Counted from the first letter of the stretch, positions 47,505 to 57,853 are shown. The stretch: 64,000 nucleotides of DNA from Nitrososphaerota archaeon (GCA_041641295.1 JBEPYO010000001.1:78678-142677); one strand, 5' to 3'. Numbers and translations are program-made. Notes: generated by a model not told the origin, from the letters alone.

Positions 47505-48890
47505 ATGTCCGAGGCTAGTGAATCAAGGGAGTATCAGATGCTGCTCGAGGATCTGAGAGTCAGGGGGCTGAAGAGCTATAGGACTCTTGAATATGTGACT
47601 AACCCGCTATATGTTAAACACCACGAGAAGTTGTCAGTAGATGATGAGTGGATTAGGTCCATAAGAGGTTCGAGGGATGACAAACTTCCCGAACGTTTTA
47701 AACCCCTTCTAGAGAAGCATGACGAACCGGTTGCAATCCACTTAACAGGAAGGACAGTTACAGTGAATGTTCCTGAGGAGTTGGCCGAGAAAGGTGTTGT
47801 GGTGGAGACTTTGTGGGATGCTCTAAGACGTCGACCCGAGCTGGTTGAGAAGATGTTGTCAGAATATTGCATTAGGCCTGAGGAGGATAAGCTGGTGGGA
47901 CTAATCTACAGCGCGATAAACTCTGGCATGGTGGTACATATCCCCGATAAGTTGAGCGAAGAGGTGAAGGTCAGGCTCATTTGGTTAACTGGAGAAGATA
48001 AGGGGGTAACCTCCGCTATTACTCTAATCCATGCCGGGGCTGACTCGCAAGTATCTGTGTTGGAGGAGCATTACTCGTATGGGAGTGGTGAGAAGTCCTT
48101 TGTGGGCCATATCATCGCAATCTTCGGAGGAGAAAACTCCTCAGTTAAACACGCGCTCTTCAACAACCTCTCAAGCAACACAGAGGTGGCAATATACAGG
48201 CGCTCATACATCATGAACTATGCCTCCCAGACGTGGATTGGCGCAAACCTTGGGGGCGGCGTCACCAAATCCCACATCGACAACATATTGTTGGGTAATG
48301 GGGCTCGTGCCGATACTCTAGAGGTTACAATGGCTTCAGGGTCTCAGAGGTTCGATGTAACAGCGAACTTGATTCATAAAGGAGAGGGGACGACCGGCAG
48401 GGTGATGGTGAAGGGATTGGGGCTTGACACTTCGCGAATAATCTTCAAAGGCATCATCAGGATTGAGAGGAGCGCTAAGAACACAAGCGCTTATCTGGCT
48501 GAGCACGCAATGCTCCTCAGCCCCGGCGCTAGAGCAGACGCGATACCAGGACTCGAGATAGAGAGCGACAATGTTAAAGCAACACACTCGGCGAGCGTGA
48601 GTCAGGTGGACCCAGACCACGTCTGGTATCTGATGACGCGGGGCTTAAGCCAAGAGGAGGCGGTCAGACTGATTGCAATGGGCTTCTTTGAGCCTGTAAT
48701 AAGCCAGATAGACGTCTCGGAGGTCAGGTGGAGCATGAGGCACATGCTCGAGAACAAATGGCAGAGGCGTGGCGAGAAAGAAATAGACTTGGAAACGCTG
48801 ATGGACATATATGTCGAGCCCGAAGATGTAGGGAAGAAACCCGAAGACATCTTCGGAACGCACTACAAGTATGTGTATGGTAAAGGTTAG
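47505..48890 (+). CDS. Fe-S cluster assembly protein, SufB/SufD family
   Basis: C-terminal SufBD beta-helix region 'ATHSASVSQVDPDHVWYLMTRGLSQEEAVRLIAMGFFEP'. 461 aa. Confidence 0.7.
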   Translation: MSEASESREYQMLLEDLRVRGLKSYRTLEYVTNPLYVKHHEKLSVDDEWIRSIRGSRDDKLPERFKPLLEKHDEPVAIHLTGRTVTVNVPEELAEKGVVVETLWDALRRRPELVEKMLSEYCIRPEEDKLVGLIYSAINSGMVVHIPDKLSEEVKVRLIWLTGEDKGVTSAITLIHAGADSQVSVLEEHYSYGSGEKSFVGHIIAIFGGENSSVKHALFNNLSSNTEVAIYRRSYIMNYASQTWIGANLGGGVTKSHIDNILLGNGARADTLEVTMASGSQRFDVTANLIHKGEGTTGRVMVKGLGLDTSRIIFKGIIRIERSAKNTSAYLAEHAMLLSPGARADAIPGLEIESDNVKATHSASVSQVDPDHVWYLMTRGLSQEEAVRLIAMGFFEPVISQIDVSEVRWSMRHMLENKWQRRGEKEIDLETLMDIYVEPEDVGKKPEDIFGTHYKYVYGKG

Positions 48891-48978
48891 ACCTGCCTCA
48901 CGCGACAGATATTATTCTCACCGCGGATACGAGTAATGTCTATATAAACCCACACCATTCAATGACGAAAAACGGATA

Positions 48979-51900
48979 ATGGTTTACATCAAGCGAATCA
49001 CGATTCAGGGTTTTAAGTCCTTTGGTCCTAAGAGGGTCGTTATAAAGCCTGAGAAGGGGTTCGTTGTCATCACGGGACCTAATGGCGGCGGTAAAAGCAA
49101 CGTTTTAGACGCGATAAAGTTTAGCCTCGGGGAGCTGAGCAACAACGCCCTGAGGGTGGGAAAGCTCTCAGACCTCATACACGAGAATAATGGCCGGCGC
49201 CTAGGCCAAGCCACAGTAACCCTAGCGCTCGACAACACAGACAGGGCGCTTCCCCTAGACACCGATGAGGTGACCATCTCCAGAACGATTCTCAGCAGCG
49301 GAGAGAGCGTCTACAGGGTTAATGGAAAGACTGTTTCAAGGAACGAGCTTCTATCCATCTTAGCCGCGGCAAACATCAGGCCTAGCGGGTTCAACATCAT
49401 AACCCAAGGGGCGGTTCTAAGCATCGCTGAAAAAAGCCCAGAAGAGTTGCGTAAAATTATAGACGAGGTCGCGGGCGTCTCAGAGTTTGATCGCCGCAAG
49501 GCAGAGGCTATGAAGGAGCTTGAGGTCGCTGAGAAGAATGTGGCCATTGCGCGGGCGGGCCTGAGCGAGTTGCGGAGCAGGGTTAAGCAGCTAGAGCTGG
49601 AGATGAGCAGGCTATCTAGAAACCAGCTCATCTCGAGATACCTCTCACAGCTCAGAAGGCAGAAGCTTCTGGAAGAACTCAAAGAACTGGACGGCAAGGT
49701 TTTATCCCTAGAAGACGAGGAGCGCGCACTCGAAGAGGAGCGGGCAAGAGTTTCACGAGACGTTGAAAACCTGCTAAGGGAGAGACAGGACAAGCTCCTG
49801 CAAGCTAAAAACGTGGAGGCCGAGCTAGCCGAGATTCAAAACAGGATAAACAGCATGAGGCTAACACACCAAGGTCAAGGAACATCCCTTGAATCCATCA
49901 AGTCATCCATCAGGAATGATGGCACCAGATACTCCAAGTTGAAACAAGAGATTCGCGAATACTCGAAAAGAATCCAGGCAATGAAGCTGGAAATCAATGT
50001 GCTTGAACAGGAATATGTAGAAGTTGAAAAGAGCTACCGCCAAAACCTAAGCGAACTTGAAGAACTAGAACGTCTCTTGAAGGATCTTAAAGATCAGAGA
50101 TCTGGGCTACTTAACTCGCTGAAGAAATGGCGGGATGCGATCACCTCTGTTGAGGCTCAGCGATCTAACTTGATGAAAGAGTTAAACCAAATAGAGGCCA
50201 AAATATCTCTGACCGAGCAGAGAATCAGCGAAGTCTCTCAAAGAATTGCAGAATATGAAAAAACACTCGAGAGAATCTCGTCTGATAGGAGTGTTATAGA
50301 AGCCGAGCTTAGCCGTAGTCGTGAGACTCTTGAGGAACTTGGCAATCGTTTAGCACAGTTAAACAATAACCTACAGATGCTCTCAAGAAGGATACAGGGC
50401 TATGAGGCCTTAGATAACGAGATCAGGACTCGCGTTGAGGATCTGTTGAAGATGAGAGCGGAGGTTGAGGGTGCTCTGGCGGCTGTAGGCCTAGGTGAAA
50501 TGCTTGAAGACAATTCTAAAGATGGATCATCTCCAATCCACTCTAAACCCTTAAGGCTCAGAGACCTAATCCAGAGCCTCAACCCTCAACGCTTGGAACT
50601 CTCAACATACATTCTAGACTATCTGGACGCGTTGGTCGTTGAGGAAGATAGGCTCGCCTTAGCCCTCGCTAAAACTGCGGCTGCAAAGGGTGTTAGGCTG
50701 TCAGTGATTAGCCTCGAAGGAGCCGGGAAAAGAGGCTGCGGCGGCACCAACTGCCTAGCCTGCACGCTTGCGGGACAAAACACCCGGCTGAGAGATATAC
50801 TCCACTCAATCTTTCCAAGACATGTTCTAAGCGCTGATAGTGTGCCCGAGCAAGGTCAGCCAACCGTAACTCAGGATGGCATACACTATAACGGGTTTGG
50901 GGTGTTCACGGTTCTAGCAGAGGTGGGCTTAAAGAAGAGGTTAGATAAGCTCCGGGCAGAATTAGAGGAGACCATAAAGGCTGTTGAAGAGGTGGGAGCG
51001 GAGTGTGCTGCCACCCTCAGCAAGTTGAGGGAGGAGTATAGACTGGCTGAGGAAGAGGTAGCGAATACCATCATTCAGAGACGAGAGGCTGAGGCGCGTA
51101 TAAGAAGCCTGTCCCAGAGGCTTGAGGAGCTACGCGAAGAGGAAAAGAGGGTGACAGAGAGGGTTAAGGGCCTGAGAAGCGAGCTGTCAAACCTAGAGGG
51201 TCAACGGAACAATCTCTTCGAGAATCTTGAGAAGGTTAGAAAGAGGTTAGACGAGATTAAAGAGCCCGAATCCGTTGAGACCGGAACCCTCCAAGCCCAG
51301 CTAGAAGATCTAAACTCCAAGATTAACGCCCTCGAGCGTAGGGTTGGGGAAGTGAGCTCTACTATCAGGTCTCTCAGAGAGCGGCTAGAAAGGAATGAGA
51401 ATAGTCGCAACCAGATAGTCGTTAGGATAGGACAAGCTGAGAGGGATCTTGAGAGGTTGTGGCGAGAGGCTGAGGAGTCTAAGAGGAGATTGGCTAGTTA
51501 TGCGCGGCTCTACTTGGAGTCTTGGAGAAAGTCCTCAGAAGAGGGTGATGAGCTCAGCGTATTGTCAAGGAGGGTTTCTGAGCTGCTTAAAGTTCGGGGG
51601 GCTTTAAGCGAAGAGCTGGCCGTCCTCGAGAACAGGATTGAAGAGGGGAGGACAAGGCTACTATCGATCGAGACGCGGGCACGGAACCTTGCAGTAGCTC
51701 GTGTGGAGCTGAGCATGAGGAGGAACTCTATATTTGAGCGGCTATCCTCTATGACTGAGCCACCTCTAGAGGATTTATCGCTTCTCCCCCGCGAGCTTAA
51801 AGAGAGCATTGAGAAGGAGTTAGAGGTCGAGTTGAGTGAAATAGGTATGGTGAATCAGCTCGCATCTATGCAGTATTCAGAGCAAATAGTAGAGTATAGG

Positions 51901-52440
51901 AGCCGCTCGGGGAACGTGGCTCTGCTCGAGGAGGAGAGGAGGAAGATACTCGAGATATTGGAGATGCTTGATGCGAAGAAGCTGGAGGTCTTCATGAAGA
52001 CGTTCAACAAGGTCTCTGAAGGGTTTGGCAAGTATTTCACGGCCCTAACTGGTGGCACGGCGTGGCTCGAGTTCTCAGACCCAGAAAACCCCCTCCAGTC
52101 AGGGGTTGAAATGGTTGTCGCTTTCCCCGGCAAATCCCCCAGGCCCTCCAAGAGTATTAGCGGAGGGGAGAAATCGGTCGCGGCAGTAGCACTCCTAATG
52201 GCGTTCCAAGGTCTAACTCCGGCTGACTTCTTAATAATGGATGAGGTTGACGCCCACATGGATGCAAACTATAGCAAGAACTTGGCCTCCCTTTTGAAGG
52301 AGTTCTCCAAGAGGGCGCAGGTCATAGCGGTCAGTCTGAAGGATGTTATCGCTGAGAAGGGGGATCAGCTTATAGGGGTCTATAATCAGGGGGGTGAGTC
52401 TAGAATTGTTGTCACGAGGTTCGAGGAAAGTCAAGCCTGA
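48979..52440 (+). CDS. smc: Chromosome segregation protein SMC
   Basis: Walker A 'ITGPNGGGKSNVLDAIKF', long coiled coils, a hinge with the 'CGGTNCLACTLAGQ' region, and C-terminal signature/Walker B 'LSGGEKSVAAVALLMAFQGLTPADFLIMDEVDAHMD'. 1153 aa. Confidence 0.9.
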   Translation: MVYIKRITIQGFKSFGPKRVVIKPEKGFVVITGPNGGGKSNVLDAIKFSLGELSNNALRVGKLSDLIHENNGRRLGQATVTLALDNTDRALPLDTDEVTISRTILSSGESVYRVNGKTVSRNELLSILAAANIRPSGFNIITQGAVLSIAEKSPEELRKIIDEVAGVSEFDRRKAEAMKELEVAEKNVAIARAGLSELRSRVKQLELEMSRLSRNQLISRYLSQLRRQKLLEELKELDGKVLSLEDEERALEEERARVSRDVENLLRERQDKLLQAKNVEAELAEIQNRINSMRLTHQGQGTSLESIKSSIRNDGTRYSKLKQEIREYSKRIQAMKLEINVLEQEYVEVEKSYRQNLSELEELERLLKDLKDQRSGLLNSLKKWRDAITSVEAQRSNLMKELNQIEAKISLTEQRISEVSQRIAEYEKTLERISSDRSVIEAELSRSRETLEELGNRLAQLNNNLQMLSRRIQGYEALDNEIRTRVEDLLKMRAEVEGALAAVGLGEMLEDNSKDGSSPIHSKPLRLRDLIQSLNPQRLELSTYILDYLDALVVEEDRLALALAKTAAAKGVRLSVISLEGAGKRGCGGTNCLACTLAGQNTRLRDILHSIFPRHVLSADSVPEQGQPTVTQDGIHYNGFGVFTVLAEVGLKKRLDKLRAELEETIKAVEEVGAECAATLSKLREEYRLAEEEVANTIIQRREAEARIRSLSQRLEELREEEKRVTERVKGLRSELSNLEGQRNNLFENLEKVRKRLDEIKEPESVETGTLQAQLEDLNSKINALERRVGEVSSTIRSLRERLERNENSRNQIVVRIGQAERDLERLWREAEESKRRLASYARLYLESWRKSSEEGDELSVLSRRVSELLKVRGALSEELAVLENRIEEGRTRLLSIETRARNLAVARVELSMRRNSIFERLSSMTEPPLEDLSLLPRELKESIEKELEVELSEIGMVNQLASMQYSEQIVEYRSRSGNVALLEEERRKILEILEMLDAKKLEVFMKTFNKVSEGFGKYFTALTGGTAWLEFSDPENPLQSGVEMVVAFPGKSPRPSKSISGGEKSVAAVALLMAFQGLTPADFLIMDEVDAHMDANYSKNLASLLKEFSKRAQVIAVSLKDVIAEKGDQLIGVYNQGGESRIVVTRFEESQA

Positions 52441-53071
52441 GGATATTGACTGGCATATTCTTTTAGCAGTTCATCTGCTCAGTAAGTCAATTATACTCCG
52501 GCTTAACCTGATTTCAATCCTCGCGCAGTTTAGAGAGGTGGTTTCCTCCGAGCAGCTAACCCTTCCGCAGGAGGGAGTGGCGCTCTGGGGGGCTTCATAC
52601 ATCCACCGCCTGAGGTCTGAGCACCTTTTCCAGCCCGCGAGGGAGTCTGAGGATAGGCCGAAGCCCAACCTAATTGTGCCGCCCTTAATAGACATTCCGG
52701 TTAAACCCGGAATGCTCTCAACGACCATCCTAGAGATAGTCAGCGCCCTGAGAGCGGTCATGGAGTCTGCTACACCCACGCCGGCGACCACAAGTATGCT
52801 ACAGACCGACATAAACCTGGACAGATATCTGGTCAAGATTGAGGAGGAGATCGAAGACTTCATAAAATTCCTCGAAAACCTCCTCTCCGAGGCTGATACC
52901 CTCCCGTTAGTCGAGCTCTTCCGAGGGGTGGATAGGCTTGAGGCCGCTAGGAGGTTTATCTTCCTACTCATCGCAGCTGGTCGGGGTGTGGTGGAGCTTT
53001 ACGAGGATGAGCAGACAGGCCGTATATTCTTGAGGTGGAGGGGGGCTAATGTCCAAGAAAGCCAGGCATGA
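52394..53071 (+). CDS. scpA: Segregation and condensation protein A (kleisin ScpA). The 5' end overlaps the smc stop, and the real start may be slightly downstream.
   Basis: 'KPEDIDWHILLAV' resembles the ScpA N-terminal '...DPWDIDIVEL' motif. C-terminal winged-helix region 'LVELFRGVDRLEAARRFIFLLIAAGRGVVELYEDEQTGRIFL'. Sits between smc and scpB. Confidence 0.55.
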   Translation: MSLELLSRGSRKVKPEDIDWHILLAVHLLSKSIILRLNLISILAQFREVVSSEQLTLPQEGVALWGASYIHRLRSEHLFQPARESEDRPKPNLIVPPLIDIPVKPGMLSTTILEIVSALRAVMESATPTPATTSMLQTDINLDRYLVKIEEEIEDFIKFLENLLSEADTLPLVELFRGVDRLEAARRFIFLLIAAGRGVVELYEDEQTGRIFLRWRGANVQESQA

Positions 53072-53633
53072 GGCCGAGGGGCGGAGTGAGGCGCTCGCCA
53101 AGCCCATAATAGAGGCAGCTCTATTCCTGAGTGACAGGCCACTTACACTGGAGAGGCTCCGATCGCTCTCTGGCTTAAAGAGTAGGAAGAGCGTGGAGGC
53201 GGTCCTCGAGGAGCTGAGAAGGGAGTATGAAGAGTCTGGGAGGGCGTTCACAATCTCTAGGTTTAGGGGGGAGAGGTTTATGATGCATGTTAAGCCCGAA
53301 TGGCTTGCACTGGTGAAAAGGCATGTGGGCAGGGCGGTGCTGGGTGTTGGGGTTCTCAGGACGCTCTCATTCATTGCCTATCACCAGCCCGTGGACAAGG
53401 CTACCGTGGCCGCGGTTAGGGGCGGCCGGGCTTATGCCCAGATCAGAGAGTTGGTTGAGCGCGGGTTAGTCGAGATAGAGAAGAAGGGTCGCACATCCCT
53501 GCTAAGGACGACAAAGCTCTTCGCAGAGCTTTTAGGCGTGGAGGACAACCCCGCCGCCATAAGGCGGAAGATACAGGAGGCCATGCCTCAACCAGCAGAC
53601 CAGCCAACAACCGGTGAAGGAAATAATCCCTAG
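53049..53633 (+). CDS. scpB: Segregation and condensation protein B (ScpB)
   Basis: 'IIEAALFLSDRPLTLERLRSLSGL...VEAVLEELRREYEESGRAFTISRF' matches the ScpB winged-helix pattern. 194 aa. Confidence 0.6.
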   Translation: MSKKARHEAEGRSEALAKPIIEAALFLSDRPLTLERLRSLSGLKSRKSVEAVLEELRREYEESGRAFTISRFRGERFMMHVKPEWLALVKRHVGRAVLGVGVLRTLSFIAYHQPVDKATVAAVRGGRAYAQIRELVERGLVEIEKKGRTSLLRTTKLFAELLGVEDNPAAIRRKIQEAMPQPADQPTTGEGNNP

Positions 53634-53693
53634 AGCTGGGGGAATAAATCTATCAGGCACCAAATACACGAGTTCAACACGGCAGGATAGGAG

Positions 53694-54260
53694 TTGTCAA
53701 GCCCTCAGACACGATTCATATCACGTATCCCGCTGGAGAGGGTCGCAGTATTAGTTGGGACTGGAGGACGGGTAAAGAAAGAGATCGAGGAGAGGCTGGG
53801 CGTGTCGCTCAAAATAGACTCTAGGGAGGGCATAGTTGAGATAGCACCGAAGCCCGAGGCCGGCAGGAATTGGGACCCGGTAAACCTCTTCAAGGCGAGA
53901 GACATTGTTGAGGCCATCGGCTTCGGCTTCAGCCCTGACCGAGCGATGGCTCTGGCACAGGACGACATGGTCCTATCAGTCATTGATTTAACGACCTACA
54001 CGGGCAAAGATAAGGAAGACATGACAAGAATTAAGGCTCGGATAATAGGCTCCGGAGGGAAGACTCGAAGAATAATTGAAGAGACGGCGCATGTCTACGT
54101 CTCGGTTGGTCAAGACACTGTAGCCATCATAGGGAGTACGAGGGATGTGGAGGCTGCTAAGGAGGCGGTCGAGATGCTGATCAACGGCGCACCCCACAGC
54201 TCGGTATACAAGTTCCTAGATGGGTACGCCCAGAAGAGGAAGTTCACACGGTTCTACTGA
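53694..54260 (+). CDS. KH-domain RNA-binding protein with two KH modules, archaeal Dim2/Pno1-like
   Basis: 'RVAVLVGTGGRVKKEIEERLGVSLKID' and a second 'IIGSGGKTRRIIEETAHVYVSV' (GxxG loops). 188 aa. Confidence 0.6.
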   Translation: MSSPQTRFISRIPLERVAVLVGTGGRVKKEIEERLGVSLKIDSREGIVEIAPKPEAGRNWDPVNLFKARDIVEAIGFGFSPDRAMALAQDDMVLSVIDLTTYTGKDKEDMTRIKARIIGSGGKTRRIIEETAHVYVSVGQDTVAIIGSTRDVEAAKEAVEMLINGAPHSSVYKFLDGYAQKRKFTRFY

Positions 54261-54370
54261 GCGGTCTATGCCCCACTAAACGGCAGAACCAGCCCTATTG
54301 GCTCAAAGGGTATTTTCGCCGCTTCCCGATGGGCATGAATCTATTAGGAGGTCGGAGAAAATATTGTTAG

Positions 54371-55957
54371 ATGGTTGAAGTAAAGTTTGAGCAGATCTCG
54401 CCGGCAGACTTCTTCTACCGTAACCGAGACATAGCGGGGTTCAGCAGTCCGGCCAGATCTCTGTACATGAGCATCAGGGAGCTTGTAGAGAACTCCCTAG
54501 ATGCATGTGAGGTGGGTAAAATACTTCCCGAGATCTCGATCGAGCTAACTTCAGAGGGTGGCGAGGGTGAGAGTGGAAACGAGATATACCGTCTGGTTGT
54601 CAGGGACAACGGTATAGGTGTAGATGGAGACAATATTCCCAAAGCCTTTGGCACAATCCTCTACGGAAGTAAATACGGCTTCAAGCAGTCTAGGGGGACA
54701 TTCGGCGTTGGCGGGACAATGGCTCTACTATACGGGCAGATAACTACTAACAGGCCCTTCAAGATAATCTCGAGCCGGGGGAAGGGGAAGATATACGAGT
54801 ACCAATTAATGATTGACATCGTTTCCAACGAGCCCCGTATAATCGATAAAAAAGTCATCGAGAACAATGATGGCTGGCATGGAACTATTGTAGACTTCAC
54901 ACTGGAGGCGGACTATAGTACGAGTAAACCCAAGATAGTAGAGTATCTAAAGATGACTTCTCTCATTAATCCACACGCTAACATCTCCTTCATAGACCCT
55001 AAGGGTCGCTTCTACTTCTTTAGGCGCGTCACCGAACAGGTTCCAGAGCCGCCTAAGGAGGCTAAGCCACATCCACAGGGGGTGGACGCGGAGACGGTGA
55101 GCAGGATTGCGGCCGAGACTAAGGCTAGGAGCGTGTTGAGGATGCTTGTTGAGGAGTTCCAGAGGGTTGGTGAGAAAACCGCGATGGATGTCCTGAAGCT
55201 TGCGGGCGTAGACCCTCATACGAGACCTCGGGATCTGACGCATGAACAGGTTGCCCAGCTCGTTAACGTGATGAGGAACTATCAGGGCTTTAGGGCCCCT
55301 GACACGTCCTCCCTATCTCCAGTGGGAGTGTCTTTCCTTGAGGCTGGTGTAAAGTCCCTGTTTAAGCCCGAGTTCTACCACATTGTCCAGAGACCACCAT
55401 CGAGCTATTCGGGGATACCTTTTATCGTAGAGGTGGCAGTGGCATGGGGTGGCACAATACCGCCCACGGAAGATATACACCTGTACCGCTTCGCCAATAA
55501 GATCCCACTCCTCTACGATGAGAGGGCAGATGTCTCATGGAAGGTGATATCTGAGAAAATCGACTGGGCTGCCTACAAGGTGCCTAAACAGGCCCCGCTC
55601 GCGGTTATAACTAGTATATGCTCGCCCAAAGTCCCCTACAAGACGGTAGGTAAGGAGGCGATAGCCGACAGGCCTGAGATCGAGAGGGAACTGACACTCG
55701 CGGTAAGAGAGTGTGCCAGATTCCTTAGAGGCTACCTAAGCAGACTTGAGAAGAAGGAGGCTGTGAAGAAGAGGCTGAACATTTACGCCAGATACCTCCC
55801 CAAAATTGCGAAATTCTCTGCAGAGCTTGCAGATAAAGAGCCGCCTCAGATAAAGAACCTTCTGAAGAAAATTGGAGTGACAGACGAGATGTTGAAGGAG
55901 GCTGCGAGGCTTGAGGCTGAAGAGGCAGAGCAGCTATACGAGTCTACTCCAAGCTAG
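54371..55957 (+). CDS. top6B: DNA topoisomerase VI subunit B
   Basis: Bergerat-fold ATPase motifs 'MSIRELVENSLDACE', 'VRDNGIGV' and 'GTFGVGG'. 528 aa. Confidence 0.85.
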   Translation: MVEVKFEQISPADFFYRNRDIAGFSSPARSLYMSIRELVENSLDACEVGKILPEISIELTSEGGEGESGNEIYRLVVRDNGIGVDGDNIPKAFGTILYGSKYGFKQSRGTFGVGGTMALLYGQITTNRPFKIISSRGKGKIYEYQLMIDIVSNEPRIIDKKVIENNDGWHGTIVDFTLEADYSTSKPKIVEYLKMTSLINPHANISFIDPKGRFYFFRRVTEQVPEPPKEAKPHPQGVDAETVSRIAAETKARSVLRMLVEEFQRVGEKTAMDVLKLAGVDPHTRPRDLTHEQVAQLVNVMRNYQGFRAPDTSSLSPVGVSFLEAGVKSLFKPEFYHIVQRPPSSYSGIPFIVEVAVAWGGTIPPTEDIHLYRFANKIPLLYDERADVSWKVISEKIDWAAYKVPKQAPLAVITSICSPKVPYKTVGKEAIADRPEIERELTLAVRECARFLRGYLSRLEKKEAVKKRLNIYARYLPKIAKFSAELADKEPPQIKNLLKKIGVTDEMLKEAARLEAEEAEQLYESTPS

Positions 55958-55984
55958 GTAGTAGGACTCGTTGAAGGTGTTGGC

Positions 55985-56512
55985 TTGGGTCTAGACATGG
56001 TCCCCCGCGTTGGGCTAATCCTAGTGGGGCATGGCGAGCCGCCGAGAGACCTCCCCCGACACACTATTAGGAAGTATTTCGAGCTGTTAGAGAAGAGGCG
56101 AACGGAAGAGGAGGATAAGCTTTTCCAACGTCTGGAGGAGGAGATAGTCAATAGGCAGAGGACGCCTGAGAACGACCCTTACTTCTATGGCTTAGTGGCG
56201 GTAGCAGAAGAGCTGAAGAGGTTGCAGAGATTCAAACAAGTTTGGGTTGCCTTCAATGAATTCTGTAGACCTACGCTGCTGGAGGCCCTCAGAGAGGCAT
56301 GCGAATCGGAAGTTGACGTAATAGTTGTGGCTACTGTCATGTTGACGCGGGGCGGACACCACTCTGAGGAGGAAATACCTTCCACCATTGAGCAGGCCAA
56401 GACATTCTGTAAGAAGCCGATAATCTATGTCTGGCCTATTGACCCGACAGACTTCGCGCAATTCCTTCTAAGCCAAGTTGAGAAGGCCTTGACGAGAAAC
56501 CTGTCTGCCTAG
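55985..56512 (+). CDS. CbiX-like small chelatase (sirohydrochlorin cobalto/ferrochelatase family), putative
   Basis: 'VGLILVGHGEPPRD' N-terminal His motif and size of 175 aa. Weak. Confidence 0.35.
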   Translation: MGLDMVPRVGLILVGHGEPPRDLPRHTIRKYFELLEKRRTEEEDKLFQRLEEEIVNRQRTPENDPYFYGLVAVAEELKRLQRFKQVWVAFNEFCRPTLLEALREACESEVDVIVVATVMLTRGGHHSEEEIPSTIEQAKTFCKKPIIYVWPIDPTDFAQFLLSQVEKALTRNLSA

Positions 56513-57177
56513 AGCGTGTCTAAATGAACGTGGGCGTGTCTTTCATGTAGCTCTACGAGGGCGCAGTATCCCTCTTTGGCTGGGCCGGCATTTACGACGG
56601 GTATTTCACCCAGATATGATATCCCCCTCGCCTCGTGGACATGTCCGCAGCATACGACGATCGGCTTATAACGCTCAATGAACCTTCTAATGGACGCGCT
56701 CCCCAAGTCCACGCCTGACCCTGCCCTTGAGACCTCAACACCTGTCGGAGGGTTATGTGAGACGAGAACCCAGTCAGTCAACCCCTCACCCACCAACCCC
56801 CTCAATAGTTCCTCAAGCTCATCCTCACTGAACTCAATCCACGTACCTCGGTGTGGTGTAGTTTTACTACCACCAACCCCCACGAATGTGTAGCCTGAAA
56901 GCTGGGTTTTCTTGGCGTGTATGTTGAAGAGGTTTTGGGATCTAGGGCTGTGGGTGATCAACTGTGGGGGGTCGCAGTTGCCAGGCACAAAGAGGACAGG
57001 CGCGCCCGCGTCTTCCGCGATCGCTGATAAGATCTTTTCAGCCTCTTCTACTGAGCCGAAGTTAGTGATGTCGCCTACAGCAAGAACAGCGTCAGCCCCC
57101 ACTTGCTTTGCCTTCCTCCCCACCATTGCCGCACCTCTACTAGACCCGTGAATATCGCTTACCTGCAGTATTATCAT
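56509..57177 (-). CDS. Calcineurin-like metallophosphoesterase
   Basis: 'MIILQVSDIHGS', 'VLAVGDITNFG' and 'VPGNCD' metal-ligand motifs. 222 aa. Confidence 0.65.
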   Translation of the reverse strand: MIILQVSDIHGSSRGAAMVGRKAKQVGADAVLAVGDITNFGSVEEAEKILSAIAEDAGAPVLFVPGNCDPPQLITHSPRSQNLFNIHAKKTQLSGYTFVGVGGSKTTPHRGTWIEFSEDELEELLRGLVGEGLTDWVLVSHNPPTGVEVSRAGSGVDLGSASIRRFIERYKPIVVCCGHVHEARGISYLGEIPVVNAGPAKEGYCALVELHERHAHVHLDTL

Positions 57178-57199
57178 GACATTGGGAAATTGTCGGGCT

Positions 57200-57853
57200 T
57201 CAATATATTAATGATGCTCTACCACGTTCACGGATAGTCTCATACTGGAGCAGTGCCTCTAGTGCCAGTTTCTTGAGGGCTGCCTTCAAGTATCTGTATA
57301 CTGTGGACTTTGAGAGACCGAGTTCAGATGCAACTTCCGAGAGAGTACACTCACGCGGGCTGTTGAAGTAGCCCATCTTCATAGCTGTGACAAGCACGAG
57401 ATACTGCTTTCGTGTAAGATCTCTCGGAAGAATGAGGTTAGACTCCTCCACCACTTCAACATCTTTCCCGGCCGCGGCCAGACTCTGCAAAATCCTTTTA
57501 GAAACGCGTGGGCTAGGCGTTATCAGGTTAAAGATTATCCCAGTCTTCGGTATGTAAATGGCCTGCCTCGGTATGCAGGGTGTCTTGGAGATTACTTTAC
57601 AGGCCGTGCAGCTGGGTGACTCGATAAGCAGGAGGCCGCTCGAGAGGCGATATACAGAAGAGCCGGGGACCTTAAGATTCCGTCCCTTCACACCCCCGTC
57701 GCTCCGGGTTAGCTGGATAAGATGGGTGGAGCAGGTCTCACCACATCTCAGATGCTTAAAAACCCCCTCAATCGACCCCGTCTCGAGAAGGCGGCAAACT
57801 TTACAGTCGGTATTACGGACTAGGATCAAGGTCCGAAAGGGGTAACCGGTCAT
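57200..57853 (-). CDS. Transcriptional regulator with a C-terminal HTH_10 (Bat-type) DNA-binding domain and a Cys-rich N-terminal domain
   Basis: C-terminal 'CTLSEVASELGLSKSTVYRYLKAALKKL'. The N-terminal region has Cys pairs (CKVCRLLETGS, HLRCGETCSTH, CTACKV). Divergent from the copper-enzyme gene. Confidence 0.55.
   Translation of the reverse strand: MTGYPFRTLILVRNTDCKVCRLLETGSIEGVFKHLRCGETCSTHLIQLTRSDGGVKGRNLKVPGSSVYRLSSGLLLIESPSCTACKVISKTPCIPRQAIYIPKTGIIFNLITPSPRVSKRILQSLAAAGKDVEVVEESNLILPRDLTRKQYLVLVTAMKMGYFNSPRECTLSEVASELGLSKSTVYRYLKAALKKLALEALLQYETIRERGRASLIY

Noticed and set aside
49311-52259. Several minus-strand ORFs of 60-160 aa inside smc (49311-49793, 50400-50582, 50886-51074, 51201-51410, 51510-51809, 51855-52259)
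   Set aside because: All are antisense to the SMC coiled-coil region. They are Ser/Leu/Arg-rich translations typical of the reverse frame of Glu/Leu/Arg-rich coiled coils.
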